A stretch of DNA of 64,000 nucleotides from Candidatus Gottesmanbacteria bacterium. Lineage in GTDB: Bacteria > Patescibacteriota > Microgenomatia > UBA10105 > UBA927. A program made the position numbers and the translations under genes. Below are positions 19,541 through 30,076 of the stretch, one piece after another. The notes beneath the pieces are model-generated. The model worked only from the letters and a program-made list of their open reading frames with translations, had not been told where the DNA came from and did no database searches. The stretch lies in assembly GCA_023245335.1 (NCBI GenBank), contig JAHFKK010000001.1, positions 363,282-427,281 on the forward strand, given 5' to 3'. The first letter of the stretch is position 1; each line of letters begins with the position of its first letter.

Positions 19541-20626
19541 ATGTCAAAGTTATTGGATGAAGTGACGATTCTCCGCAAAAAATTGCAGGAAGTCCACGTC
19601 CCGCCCGATTTGGAAGCACGGGTTACGGCAAACCTCGAAGAGATTGAGCGGTTGGAGCATGATATATCCGCACGTGTGCATATCGAGCAGATGATGCGGT
19701 ATATAGATTGGGTCATAAATCTCCCGTGGGATATACGAAGTAAAGATACGCTGGATCTTGCGAATGCGCGGAAGATTTTTGAATCACATCATTATGGACT
19801 ACAGCCGGTCAAGGAACGCATTCTTGAATATTTGGCGGTATTAAAGCTCAATGAAGACCGATGGGAAAAAGAAAAAAAAGTGGAGGAAGCACACTCGACG
19901 CACTCCATGTTAGCCCGGCGTGCACCGATTTTGTGTCTCGTCGGTTTGGTCGGTACCGGAAAGACGACACTCGCAAAATCCATTGCCGAGGCGATGGGCA
20001 GACAGTTTGTCCGTATAGCCTTCGGAGGTATGTCCGATGCGCTGGAACTGCGTGGTCAGTCACGCGTCCGGCCCGATGCGGAAATCGGCCTTATCCTCAA
20101 AGGATTGCGGTATGCGGGCACCAAAAATCCGGTCATGTTGCTGGATGAAATCGACCGCGTATCCGAGGCCACCCGGGGAGATATCATGGGAGTCCTGGTC
20201 GAGCTTTTGGATCCGGAACAAAATTCCGCGTTTGTGGACCATTATCTCGATTACCCATTTGATCTATCAGACGTTCTTTTCGTCGCGACCAGCAATAATA
20301 CGACCAATATCGCGACAGCAGTGCTTGATAGGTTGGAGCCTATCCAAATGCCTTCGTATACGGATGAGGAAAAGATAAAGATCGCCAGGGAATACGTCAT
20401 GCCCGCACTCCTTCACGAATCAGGGCTTACGTCAGAGAATTTATCGATTGATGATGCAATCTGGCCGAAATTAGTACGGCCTTTGGGGTATGATGCCGGT
20501 ATACGGAGTATTGAACGGACACTCAATAGTCTGTGTCGTAAAGTAGCGTTGTCCATTATCGAAGGAAAGGCAAAAACATTTCGCGTCGACGAAACCAACA
20601 TCAAAGACTTCATCGAAGCGTATTAA
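19541..20626 (+). CDS. Lon-like AAA+ ATPase lacking the N-terminal and protease domains
   Basis: HYGLQPVKERILEYLAV, GLVGTGKT, LLDEID, LLDPEQN..FVDHYLD; ends after the AAA small domain. Confidence 0.85.
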   Translation: MSKLLDEVTILRKKLQEVHVPPDLEARVTANLEEIERLEHDISARVHIEQMMRYIDWVINLPWDIRSKDTLDLANARKIFESHHYGLQPVKERILEYLAVLKLNEDRWEKEKKVEEAHSTHSMLARRAPILCLVGLVGTGKTTLAKSIAEAMGRQFVRIAFGGMSDALELRGQSRVRPDAEIGLILKGLRYAGTKNPVMLLDEIDRVSEATRGDIMGVLVELLDPEQNSAFVDHYLDYPFDLSDVLFVATSNNTTNIATAVLDRLEPIQMPSYTDEEKIKIAREYVMPALLHESGLTSENLSIDDAIWPKLVRPLGYDAGIRSIERTLNSLCRKVALSIIEGKAKTFRVDETNIKDFIEAY

Positions 20627-20635
20627 GGACCATAC

Positions 20636-22384
20636 ATGAGAAGAATTTTTATTTCAAAACCCGCCCAACTGCCGACCCGTCAGCATGTAAATTTCGGCGA
20701 GTACGGATCAGGCAAAGATTCCGTACGTATCGTTCCGCTTGGGGGATCGGGGAATGTCACCAAGAACATGTATCTCTATGAGTACCGGTATGACGGGAAA
20801 CTGTCCGATATCCTCATTGTGGATTGTGGCATCGGATTTCCGGATGATGAGATGTTCGGCGTGGATCTGGTGCTTCCCGACATCCGGTATCTGTCTGACA
20901 AACGGGATAAAATCCGCGGATTGGTCTTCACGCACGGGCACGATGATCACATCGGAGGTATTCCATATATCTACCCCAAGCTAGGTCACATCCCCATGTG
21001 GGGCCCGAAGCTCGCTGCGAGCTTCGCGAATCTGAAACTCAAAGAAACCGGTATCCGCGAACGGGTGCGGGCGCTCAACTTTGACGATCATATCGATATC
21101 GGACCGTTTCATTTGTCCTTCATACGTTTGACGCACTCGGTACCGGATACATCACACATTGTCATCGAAACTCCTGTCGGCATTTTTTACCATGGCAGCG
21201 ATTTCAAGTTCGATCCGACGCCACTTGATGACAAGCCGTCGGAATTGTGGAAAATAAATGCGGTGGGAAAAAAGGGCGTCTTGTGTCTACTCTCCGACAG
21301 TTTAGGGAGCGAACGGCCCGGGTTCACGCCGTCGGAACAGATTATCGGTGAAACGATCGAGAAAGAGCTGAAATTGAGTGCCGGCAAGGTGTTGTTTACG
21401 ACGCAATCAAGCAACATCTCCCGTATACAGCTTGCGATCGAGATAGCGATAAAATACGGTCGGAAGATCGCATTTCTTGGCCGGAGCATCGATCAGAATG
21501 TAGAAGAATCGGTCAAGTTGGGATACATGAAGTTCCCGCGGGATGTCATCATACGTGATCAGGATTTGAAACGCATGCCGGCAAACAAACAGTTTCTCAT
21601 CGTCGCAGGGGCGCAGGGCCAGTCGACATCGAATCTTTCGAGGATCGCTAGCGACAATCATAAATTTGTACACCTCACCGATCAGGATACGGTTATCCTT
21701 TCTGCGGATCCCATCCCGGGCCGGGAAAACGATGTTGATCGCCTGATAAATAATATTTATCGGCATGGGAGCCGTGTCGCGTATTCCGACATTATGGAAG
21801 ATCTGCACGTTTCCGGACACGGCAGCAGCGGGGATATGATGCTCCTTTTGTCCGCATTGGGACCGAAATACGTGATGCCCATAGGCGGCACCTATAAACA
21901 CCTTATGCAATACCGTAGGCTTGCTATGGATCTGGGGTACGATAAACGCGCGGTACTCATCCCCGATGACGGAGAAGTGCTTGAGTTCCGGAAAGACGCT
22001 GCGCCTCGGGTGGTTGACCATCTCACCCTTGAGCACGTCATGATTGACGGGTTGGGGGTTGGAGACGTGGGGTCTGTTGTCCTTCGTGACCGGCAAACCA
22101 TCGCTCATGAAGGGATTGTGGTCGTCGTCGTACCCATAGAGGAGGCAACGGGCAGGATGACCAGTCCGCCGGAGATCATTACCCGGGGATTTGTCTACGT
22201 CAAGGAAGCCGGACGGCTTCTTGATCGGTCGACGGATGTCGTTTCCCGCTCGCTTCGTCTCAAGAAGGGGAGAATCCAGGATTGGCAGTTTGTACGGAAA
22301 CAGATAGAGGAGTCGCTCGGAGAGTTTCTTCTCAAAGAAACCGGCAGGCGGCCGCTTATCGTACCGGTAGTACTAGAGGTGTAG
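20636..22384 (+). CDS. rnj: Ribonuclease J
   Basis: PLGG, DCGIGFP, THGHDDHIGG, HVSGHG, TGRRPLIVP. Confidence 0.97.
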   Translation: MRRIFISKPAQLPTRQHVNFGEYGSGKDSVRIVPLGGSGNVTKNMYLYEYRYDGKLSDILIVDCGIGFPDDEMFGVDLVLPDIRYLSDKRDKIRGLVFTHGHDDHIGGIPYIYPKLGHIPMWGPKLAASFANLKLKETGIRERVRALNFDDHIDIGPFHLSFIRLTHSVPDTSHIVIETPVGIFYHGSDFKFDPTPLDDKPSELWKINAVGKKGVLCLLSDSLGSERPGFTPSEQIIGETIEKELKLSAGKVLFTTQSSNISRIQLAIEIAIKYGRKIAFLGRSIDQNVEESVKLGYMKFPRDVIIRDQDLKRMPANKQFLIVAGAQGQSTSNLSRIASDNHKFVHLTDQDTVILSADPIPGRENDVDRLINNIYRHGSRVAYSDIMEDLHVSGHGSSGDMMLLLSALGPKYVMPIGGTYKHLMQYRRLAMDLGYDKRAVLIPDDGEVLEFRKDAAPRVVDHLTLEHVMIDGLGVGDVGSVVLRDRQTIAHEGIVVVVVPIEEATGRMTSPPEIITRGFVYVKEAGRLLDRSTDVVSRSLRLKKGRIQDWQFVRKQIEESLGEFLLKETGRRPLIVPVVLEV

Positions 22385-22423
22385 CGTTGGGTCAGGTGGG
22401 GTGATGATTTGGTATCCGATGAG

Positions 22424-22444
22424 ATCCCTCGACAAGCTCGGGAT
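22424..22444. repeat. REP-like short palindrome
   Basis: ATCCC-TCGACAAGCTC-GGGAT in the rnj-ftsK intergenic region; resembles the CTTCGACAAGCTCAG class of REP-like elements. Confidence 0.5.
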
Positions 22445-22554
22445 GCCATAAGCATGGCACTTGACTCCTGCTCTATATTACTATAGGATATTTAGGGGAC
22501 AGGGTAGTGGCTATTCGTTGAAATGGAAGGCAGCGCTTACGTATACTTACCTAT

Positions 22555-24729
22555 ATGGCATTTAAGTTCAAATCAAAACCAAAACGCAGGTATCATAAAC
22601 GCCGCGGGTTTGGTCTCAAACTCAAAAAGCAGACCATCTATACCGTGGCAGCAATCTGGTTTTGGCTGTTTGCAGGTATCATTTGTCTTTCGTTTTTCGG
22701 CGAAGGACAAATGCTGTCTACGCTTCGAAACGCTCTCAACAGTCACTTCGGATGGATCATGTATCCGTTGCCTATATTTTTAATTTCCGCAAGCACGCTT
22801 TTTTTCAAAGTGAAGTCTGATTTAGGGAATCAGAATATCCCCTTGGGGTTGGGTATTCTACTGTTCGGGCTTATGGGGCTCACTCAGGCCGGAGACATAG
22901 GGATGACGCTGTCAACGACGGTTTCCGATGCCATAGCGCCAGAGGGCGCTATATTACTTTTTTTGGGAGTCCTTCTTATCGGATTTATTGTCATTTTCAA
23001 TACATCACTTGACCGGTTTATGAATTTCCTTCTGGGTGGCGTGCAGATGATCGTCGAGTGGTTTTCGTCGCTTGGCAAACGGGGTACTTTGGAGAAGTCG
23101 GACGTATTCGGCAGACGGAAAGATATCCTCAAAATTCGTACGACCGATATAGAGCCGCTTCTGAAACAACCCATGACTCCGCCGCCGGTACCCACAAAAG
23201 GTGCTGCGGGGTCGAAAGATACCCGGGCGGCGAATGATCTCAAGATTCCCCGTCCGCTTCCGCAACCGCAGGACATGAAACTCTGGGAATATCCGGATGT
23301 CACCCTTTTGTCTGATGGTCCGGGCGAGAAAGCTGACCGGGGAGACGTACGCAAAAACGCCGATACGATAGAAAAGACGCTGGACAGCTTCGGGATACAA
23401 GCGCAGGTAGTTGAGGTAAACCCCGGCCCTGCAGTCACCCAGTACGCTATGAAGATCGCTCTCGGCACCAAGGTGTCCAAGGTGACGTCGCTCGCGAGCG
23501 ACATGGCGCTCGCCCTTGCCGCACCTACCGGACAGGTGCGTATAGAAGCTCCCATCCCGGGACGGGATTTAGTGGGCATCGAAATTCCCAATCGAGGGTT
23601 AGAGTTTGTCACCCTCAAAAAAATGCTGACGTCCGACGCGATGCGAAAAGCGAAAAGTAAACTTGCCGTAGCGCTGGGACTTGATGTCGCGGGGAATCCG
23701 CTTATTGCCGATATCGGGAAGATGCCGCACGTTCTGGTTGCCGGTACGACTGGTTCCGGTAAATCCGTACTCCTCAATTCCTGGATCTGCAGCATTCTTT
23801 ACAAGACGACCCCTGCCGAAGTGAAGCTTATCCTGATTGATCCGAAACGAGTAGAGTTAGTGGGGTATAACGGCATCCCCCATTTATTGACGCCGGTCAT
23901 CGTCGAGACAGACAAGATTCTCTCAGCACTTCGGTGGGCGACGCAGGAAATGGAACGCCGGTATAAGCAGTTTGCGGAAGTAGGAGTCCGCAACATCGAT
24001 AGTTTCAATGAACTGTCAGGATTCCAGGCGCTTCCGTATATCGTCATTTTCATAGATGAGCTTGCGGACCTTATGGGATATGCACCGGTCGAGGTGGAAG
24101 ATACCATTTGTCGCATTGCCCAAATGGCACGGGCGACCGGCATACACCTCATTGTTGCGACCCAGCGACCCAGCGTCGATGTCATCACGGGACTTATCAA
24201 AGCAAATATTCCTGCGAGAATTGCGTTCAATGTCTCTTCCATGGTTGATTCCCGCGTTATCATTGATTTGCCCGGCGCCGAAAAGTTATTAGGCCGCGGG
24301 GACATGCTGTATGTTCCGCCGGATCAGGCGAAGCCGATGCGTATCCAGGGAACGTATGTGTCGGAAAAGGAAGTAAATAAGGTTGTAGAGTTTTTCAAAA
24401 ATAAACCGGTGACCGTAGAGTATAAAGATGAAGTGCTCAATCAGCCGGCGAGCGCCATGAAACGGGGCGGCGGCGGTGGCGGCGCGGACGGGCACGATCA
24501 GTTATTTGAAGACGCACTTCGGCTCGTATGTCAGTATGATAAAGCTTCTGCATCGCTTCTCCAGCGCAGGTTGTCGGTCGGGTATGCACGCGCGGCCCGA
24601 ATACTTGATCAACTGGAAATGGCAGGGGTTATCGGTCAGGGTGAAGGATCGAAGCCACGCGACGTCCTCATCAAAGACCCTAATGAATTTTTAGCGCAGC
24701 AACAGCTGGCGCAGGATCAGGATGCGTAA
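22555..24729 (+). CDS. ftsK: DNA translocase FtsK/SpoIIIE
   Basis: 4TM N-terminus, PHVLVAGTTGSGKS, IDELADLM, LQRRLSVGYARAAR gamma domain. Confidence 0.97.
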   Translation: MAFKFKSKPKRRYHKRRGFGLKLKKQTIYTVAAIWFWLFAGIICLSFFGEGQMLSTLRNALNSHFGWIMYPLPIFLISASTLFFKVKSDLGNQNIPLGLGILLFGLMGLTQAGDIGMTLSTTVSDAIAPEGAILLFLGVLLIGFIVIFNTSLDRFMNFLLGGVQMIVEWFSSLGKRGTLEKSDVFGRRKDILKIRTTDIEPLLKQPMTPPPVPTKGAAGSKDTRAANDLKIPRPLPQPQDMKLWEYPDVTLLSDGPGEKADRGDVRKNADTIEKTLDSFGIQAQVVEVNPGPAVTQYAMKIALGTKVSKVTSLASDMALALAAPTGQVRIEAPIPGRDLVGIEIPNRGLEFVTLKKMLTSDAMRKAKSKLAVALGLDVAGNPLIADIGKMPHVLVAGTTGSGKSVLLNSWICSILYKTTPAEVKLILIDPKRVELVGYNGIPHLLTPVIVETDKILSALRWATQEMERRYKQFAEVGVRNIDSFNELSGFQALPYIVIFIDELADLMGYAPVEVEDTICRIAQMARATGIHLIVATQRPSVDVITGLIKANIPARIAFNVSSMVDSRVIIDLPGAEKLLGRGDMLYVPPDQAKPMRIQGTYVSEKEVNKVVEFFKNKPVTVEYKDEVLNQPASAMKRGGGGGGADGHDQLFEDALRLVCQYDKASASLLQRRLSVGYARAARILDQLEMAGVIGQGEGSKPRDVLIKDPNEFLAQQQLAQDQDA

Positions 24730-24760
24730 CGGGATTTAACTTTTATAATGCTTCTCTATT

Positions 24761-25399
24761 ATGAAAACCGTCGGCTTCATGCTAAAGGAAAGGCGTCTTG
24801 CTAGAGGGTTAACGCCGGCGGATATAGAACGCGCGATAAAAATCCGTGAGAAATTTATTATCGCAATCGAGGATGATCATTTTCATCTCCTTCCGTCTCC
24901 ATCGTATGCAAAAGGATTTGTCCGGAATTACGCAGAATATTTGGGACTTTCCACAGATCAGATATTGGCGTTTTTCCGCAGACAGATGACGGAAACGAGT
25001 GGCGCGAGTCTCATACCAAGTGGAGTTGCCGATCCTTTGAATGCCCCGCTTATTCACCTCACCCCCGGCAGATTCATCGGGATACTCATATCGCTTCTCC
25101 TCATCGTATTTTTTGTATACCTCGGCGGTCAGTATTATCGTATCAGTCAGCCGCCGGTGCTCGCCGTCGACGCCCCACAAAATCAGGCAATCGTATCGGA
25201 AAAGCATGTCGTCGTGACGGGTAAGACCGATTCCGACGCGACCGTTATGATAAACGGTGTCTCGGCGGTCGTCCGTGATGACGGGCAGTTTTATTATCAG
25301 GTCGCGGTCGACCCCGGAGTAAATAAAGTGACGATCACCGCAACGAGCAAGTTCGGAAAAACAAAAACAATTGTACGGGAAGTAGGGTATCAACCGTAG
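24761..25399 (+). CDS. RodZ-like HTH membrane protein with a C-terminal Ig-like domain
   Basis: LKERRLARGLT..KIREKFIIAIE..YAKGFVRNYAEYLGL, then TM; downstream of ftsK. Confidence 0.85.
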   Translation: MKTVGFMLKERRLARGLTPADIERAIKIREKFIIAIEDDHFHLLPSPSYAKGFVRNYAEYLGLSTDQILAFFRRQMTETSGASLIPSGVADPLNAPLIHLTPGRFIGILISLLLIVFFVYLGGQYYRISQPPVLAVDAPQNQAIVSEKHVVVTGKTDSDATVMINGVSAVVRDDGQFYYQVAVDPGVNKVTITATSKFGKTKTIVREVGYQP

Positions 25400-25563
25400 T
25401 GAGTATTAGTTTGGTGTTGTTTGTGATATTGACCTGCGCGCGCATAGGAGATACCATGATGAAGTCTGTTCCAAGTGAATAGAACGTAGTAAGTAGAAAG
25501 TAGACAAAATATTATCTACTCACGAACAACTACTTACTATTTTCCGTTTACTCATTCCTGCCT

Positions 25564-25833
25564 ATGGATCCCGTACAAATTACCATTATTGCCATAAGCT
25601 TCATCCTCACACTTCTTTTAGTTGTCTTGGGGGTACAGGTCTGGTATATTTTCAAAGAAATCCGCACGTCTCTCGTGAAAGTAAACAGCATGCTTGACGA
25701 TGCCAAAAAGGTCACGTCCACCGTCGGTGATTCCGTGAGCGGTATGGCTGGGATAGCAAGCGGTATACGCGCAGCGCTTTCCGTGTTTAAGGTTTTTAAG
25801 AAAAAAGATAAAGATGAAGAAGAATACGACTAG
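25564..25833 (+). CDS. Small membrane protein (DUF948-like)
   Basis: N-terminal TM plus coiled coil; lies before a YtxH-like gene. Confidence 0.7.
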   Translation: MDPVQITIIAISFILTLLLVVLGVQVWYIFKEIRTSLVKVNSMLDDAKKVTSTVGDSVSGMAGIASGIRAALSVFKVFKKKDKDEEEYD

Positions 25834-25957
25834 CCCGCCTACGCTTACTTTACGGCTTTTCAGTACTATTCGTACACGCCGTAAAGAGCGCGTGAGCGGC
25901 GGGTCTAAGAAACAGTAGTCCCGATAAGAATCGGAAACTGTTTCTAAGAAAGGAACT

Positions 25958-26347
25958 ATGAGTGACAACAACCATGACGGAAAATTTTTCTTCGGATTTT
26001 TTCTCGGCGGACTCATCGGAGCACTCGTTATCTTTTTTCTGGGCACCAAAGAGGGTAAAAAGCTGGAAAAGAAGCTTGAGGTCCGCGGTAAGGACGTCCT
26101 GGATGAACTGGATGAGAAGCTAGAGGAACTGGAAAAAAGCGGTAAGGAACTGGTCAAGCAAGGGGAAGCGATCAAGGAGCGCGTCATGGATACATTTGAA
26201 GAGAAGAAGGAAGAGATGACCGACGCTACTGTCGAAAAAATCGATTCAGCGCTTGCGCATATAGAAGCACTGCAAAATAAAGGTGCGGAAACGACCAAAG
26301 ACATCCGGAAGAAATTTACGAACCTTCCGAAGAAACGATCCGTCTAA
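25958..26347 (+). CDS. YtxH-domain protein
   Basis: FFFGFFLGGLIGA..FLGTKEGKK, then charged coiled coil. Confidence 0.8.
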   Translation: MSDNNHDGKFFFGFFLGGLIGALVIFFLGTKEGKKLEKKLEVRGKDVLDELDEKLEELEKSGKELVKQGEAIKERVMDTFEEKKEEMTDATVEKIDSALAHIEALQNKGAETTKDIRKKFTNLPKKRSV

Positions 26348-26637
26348 GTTTTTTGACTTTTTCTCGGTCAGTGCTATCCTTCGGTGTGACAATATCTCCT
26401 CATGAACGTTCCGAACGGGATTCGGCGGAAGCATTTTATCGTGATTATCAGTGGAAGGGAAAAAATTGTGTTGCCAGACAAATGCTCTTCGGGACTAACG
26501 GCTGGGATGGACTACTACATCTTGTTCCGATACCCCTGCGGATCAGCATACGTCTCGAAGTTAAGAAAGAAAAAGCTGCGGCGGCACTAAAAGAATGTAT
26601 GCGTACGCGTGGACCGTTTGATATATAATCACTTCGT

Positions 26638-27822
26638 ATGAATAGATTTACGGCCCGGGTGACGGACCTCCCGAATTCGGGAATCGGATACATGATGCGC
26701 TATGCGTCCAAATATCCCGACGCGGTATCGCTCGGTCAGGGAACCCCGTTATTTCCTACACCCCAGTTTATTTATGAGGCAGTGATGGCCGAGGCCAAAC
26801 GCAATCCTTTGGTCGGTATGTATTCCGATACAAAAGCGGAAATAGAAGACAACCTGAAAGCCCGTATCGCAAAGCAAATGACGGAAGATTACGGATTCAC
26901 TCCGGAACCGGAACGGTTGGGCATAACAGTCGGGGGTGTGGGTGCGCTTTTTGCCGCAATCATGTCTTTGGTAGAAAAAGGCGATGAGGTCGTCTATTTC
27001 GATCCCAGTTATGCTCTGCACATTTCTCAGATTCATTTGGCTGAGGCGTCACCTGTTTTTGTCCCGTATGATGAGGCATCTGGCTGGTCCGTGAGCATAG
27101 AGAAACTCCGTAAGGCCATGACCAAACGGACCAAAATGATTATCCTCACCAATCCGAATAATCCCACGGGCACTGTACTGTCGGAATCGGAAGTCCGCGA
27201 GCTCGTGTCTATCGTGTTGGAGTATGATGTCATGCTTCTTTTGGATGAGGCATATTATTTCCTGACGTACGGCAAAAAATTATTCAGTCCTATGCGAATT
27301 CCGGAGATCCGCAACAACGTGATTCTGTGCCGGAGCTTTTCCAAGGAATTCGCCATGACCGGCTGGCGTGTGGGCTATGCGTATGCCGCACCCGAGTTTA
27401 CCCAGAAAATACAGAGCGTGCAGATCTATTTCAGCGTCTGTCCTCCGACGCCCTCCATAGTGGCCGCCACAGCGGCACTCTCCGATCCGCGGGGGAAGGA
27501 GACGACCGAGTGGCTCAAGCAGAAGTTTACCGAAAGTAAGGTTGCGATATGCGAACGGCTCGATCGATTGCCGAAACTGTTTTCGTATCACCCGCCGGAT
27601 GGCGCATATTATATATTCGCAAAATACTTGGGGTTTGACCTGCCTGCTATGGATTTCACAAAATTATTAGTAGATGAAGCAAAGGTCGTTACTATTCCAG
27701 GGAGCGGCATGGGTCCATCGGGTGCCGGGCATATCCGGATGTCATTTGCTGCGGATCAGAGCCTCATTCATGAGGCGTTTGACCACCTTGACGCATTCGC
27801 GAAGAAACGCAATCTCCTTTAG
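26638..27822 (+). CDS. PLP-dependent aminotransferase class I/II
   Basis: SLGQGTP, NPNNPTG, DEAY, SFSKEFAMTGWRVGY. Confidence 0.95.
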   Translation: MNRFTARVTDLPNSGIGYMMRYASKYPDAVSLGQGTPLFPTPQFIYEAVMAEAKRNPLVGMYSDTKAEIEDNLKARIAKQMTEDYGFTPEPERLGITVGGVGALFAAIMSLVEKGDEVVYFDPSYALHISQIHLAEASPVFVPYDEASGWSVSIEKLRKAMTKRTKMIILTNPNNPTGTVLSESEVRELVSIVLEYDVMLLLDEAYYFLTYGKKLFSPMRIPEIRNNVILCRSFSKEFAMTGWRVGYAYAAPEFTQKIQSVQIYFSVCPPTPSIVAATAALSDPRGKETTEWLKQKFTESKVAICERLDRLPKLFSYHPPDGAYYIFAKYLGFDLPAMDFTKLLVDEAKVVTIPGSGMGPSGAGHIRMSFAADQSLIHEAFDHLDAFAKKRNLL

Positions 27823-27828
27823 CTACTT

Positions 27829-29217
27829 TCAGGATTTCCGTCGGAAGATGACCTGTTCTTTTGTCTCGTAGACGGGCAGGTATCTCGTATCTTTACGAAG
27901 GGTCGCTACGAGGACATGTATGTCGACGCCAAAAAAGTCATTGATGTTTTGCCCCTCCCGTAAGTCCAGCACGAAATAATCCGGCATGAAATCCGTGTAT
28001 ACCGCACGTAGGAGATATACCTTGTGCGTGTGAATCATATGAGGTGCGAGGTTGTTTTGCGTCATGACGGTCGTTCCCGACGGCACGCGGGCGATGAGAT
28101 CGTTGAGAAACCCGAAGTGCCGGGAATCACGATAAAACGTGGGATTGTACGCGAGTCCAAGTGGAGAGCGGAGAATGAATCTATGCAGAACGAGGGAAAG
28201 GACGATAAGTGCGGTTGCTATACCGGGTACGAAGAAACGGTGCCACTTCTTCTTCATGAGACGAAGGCAGCCCATGATGGATGAAAACGAAAGGATAGCA
28301 GCCATTTGTATGTTGTAATGGAGCCCGAGCGTCCAGCGAAGGGTAAATTCCTTTTGCATAAACCGTGTTGCGATATCCTGCACAATCAAAGGCCAGGCCG
28401 GAGGATAAAGCAGCGGGAGGAAGCCGAAACTAAGGAAACTGACCCAGAGCGTTTCCCGTTTCACCGGATCGTTCACAAACGACCCGATAAGTGCAGACGG
28501 ATGATAATCGAGTGTGGGCGTATAGAAGTACCGCTGACCGTAAAAGTAGGGTATGACTATCTGTGTGGTGAGGATTCCCCAGACTACGGAAATGACGCCG
28601 ACCACGATAGCGGTACGAAGCCAGCGCTTGTCGATAAAATATATGAGGATGGCAAGTCCTACGCCCAAGAGAGCACTGCTTTCTTTGAATCCCAGCGTTA
28701 TGAAGAAGCTCACCCAAAATAACGTTTTATTTTTAGTGACGAGACCATAGAACGTGAGCATGAGCGGAAGAGACATAAACGTGACCTCGTGCACGTCCGC
28801 TATAATTGCATTTTGCGTGCCGACAAAGAGGAGATAACTGCAGGTGATGGCAAGAGGGAGTAGCCGATTTTTTAATACGTGTTTTCCGATGAGGTACAAG
28901 ACGAGCCCGCTCAATCCTACGGCAAGCGCTTGCGCTACAAGGAGCGCTTCGGGCCGGCTGGTAAGCCAATAAATGGGCGTCAGGAGGAACATGCTGGGAC
29001 TGAAATGGTCGGCGAATATGAGTTTGCCGCCGATGACGTAATGATCGACTATGGGAGGACGTAAGTGCGCGACGTTCCAGATCGCCTGGTCAAATATGCC
29101 GAAATCATAATAAAACACTTCGTATTGGAAGAAGCGGTGGACCGACACGAGGATTGCGGCTAGGGTGTAGAGCGCGATACTGCAGTAAGCGAGAAGGTCA
29201 ACGAGACGGTTTTTCAT
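27829..29217 (-). CDS. DUF2079 family membrane protein (GT-C-like)
   Basis: YDFGIFDQAIWN, DHFSP, LLVAQAL, DVHE, FKE. Confidence 0.8.
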   Translation of the reverse strand: MKNRLVDLLAYCSIALYTLAAILVSVHRFFQYEVFYYDFGIFDQAIWNVAHLRPPIVDHYVIGGKLIFADHFSPSMFLLTPIYWLTSRPEALLVAQALAVGLSGLVLYLIGKHVLKNRLLPLAITCSYLLFVGTQNAIIADVHEVTFMSLPLMLTFYGLVTKNKTLFWVSFFITLGFKESSALLGVGLAILIYFIDKRWLRTAIVVGVISVVWGILTTQIVIPYFYGQRYFYTPTLDYHPSALIGSFVNDPVKRETLWVSFLSFGFLPLLYPPAWPLIVQDIATRFMQKEFTLRWTLGLHYNIQMAAILSFSSIMGCLRLMKKKWHRFFVPGIATALIVLSLVLHRFILRSPLGLAYNPTFYRDSRHFGFLNDLIARVPSGTTVMTQNNLAPHMIHTHKVYLLRAVYTDFMPDYFVLDLREGQNINDFFGVDIHVLVATLRKDTRYLPVYETKEQVIFRRKS

Positions 29218-29218
29218 A

Positions 29219-30076
29219 CTATATCTTCAGCTTTTCTACGAGAACGCCGGAGGAAATGATAAGGAGTCCGCCGACGATCTGGATCGGTGTCAATGATTCT
29301 TTGAGTATCGGCACTGCCATAAATGCCACCAGAACCGGAGTAAATGACATGATCATCGTGACAAATGATGCGCTCGCATATTTAAATGCGTGAAACTGGA
29401 ATGTCGTGAGGGCGAAGTCCCCGACGGTGATACCCAGTATCAAAAGCCATTCCTTCGGGATATGGAGTGTCGTATGTGTTGCTGCGATGAGAATTACAGG
29501 GATGAGTGCGATCGCAAATCTACCGGACGCGCCGAGCCCCGGTGTCATACGGTTGGCTGCGAGCTTGATAAGCACGCCGTTTCCTATGGCAAGAAGCATC
29601 GCTTCAAGAAGCGTCAGGAGATCGCCCGTCGACAAATGTAAGAGCTGGCCGTTGGTCGTGAGTAAGTAGGCGCCGGAAAGAATGGTGATGAGGAGCACGA
29701 GTTTCTTTTTCGTCACCGGTTCATGGAGGAATATCGCTGCGAAGATGATGATAAATACGGAGACCATCCGGATGAGGAATGAAAAATTCACAGCCGGAGT
29801 ATTCGCGAGTGCGAATGCCTCGACGAAGCTTACCGCGACGGAGCTTATGAGTGCCATGCCGACGAGGAGCCAGATATCCTTTTTTGTGAGTTTGCGGACA
29901 TTTTTCTTTTCTTTGGAAAATACGAAGAGCCAGTACGGAGCCGCCAGTATCGTCGTCCAGAAGGCGAGGTTGTACGGATTTTCGCCGTGACTCAAAACTA
30001 TACGCCCCAATACGATACTCGTCGCCCAGAAGAACGACGAAAGGAACGTAAAAATAAATCCTTTAGATAATTTCAT
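29219..30076 (-). CDS. EamA/DMT family transporter
   Basis: ~10 TMs with a duplicated repeat; FLHEP..KK and ILKES..QIVGG. Confidence 0.9.
   Translation of the reverse strand: MKLSKGFIFTFLSSFFWATSIVLGRIVLSHGENPYNLAFWTTILAAPYWLFVFSKEKKNVRKLTKKDIWLLVGMALISSVAVSFVEAFALANTPAVNFSFLIRMVSVFIIIFAAIFLHEPVTKKKLVLLITILSGAYLLTTNGQLLHLSTGDLLTLLEAMLLAIGNGVLIKLAANRMTPGLGASGRFAIALIPVILIAATHTTLHIPKEWLLILGITVGDFALTTFQFHAFKYASASFVTMIMSFTPVLVAFMAVPILKESLTPIQIVGGLLIISSGVLVEKLKI

Noticed and set aside
18367-24305. Long antisense ORFs opposite pnp, rnj and ftsK (up to 303 aa)
   Set aside because: They are antisense shadows of conserved genes and carry no motifs.
26353-26628. Two overlapping small ORFs between ytxH and the aminotransferase
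   Set aside because: One may be real, but I cannot choose the frame; neither has motifs.
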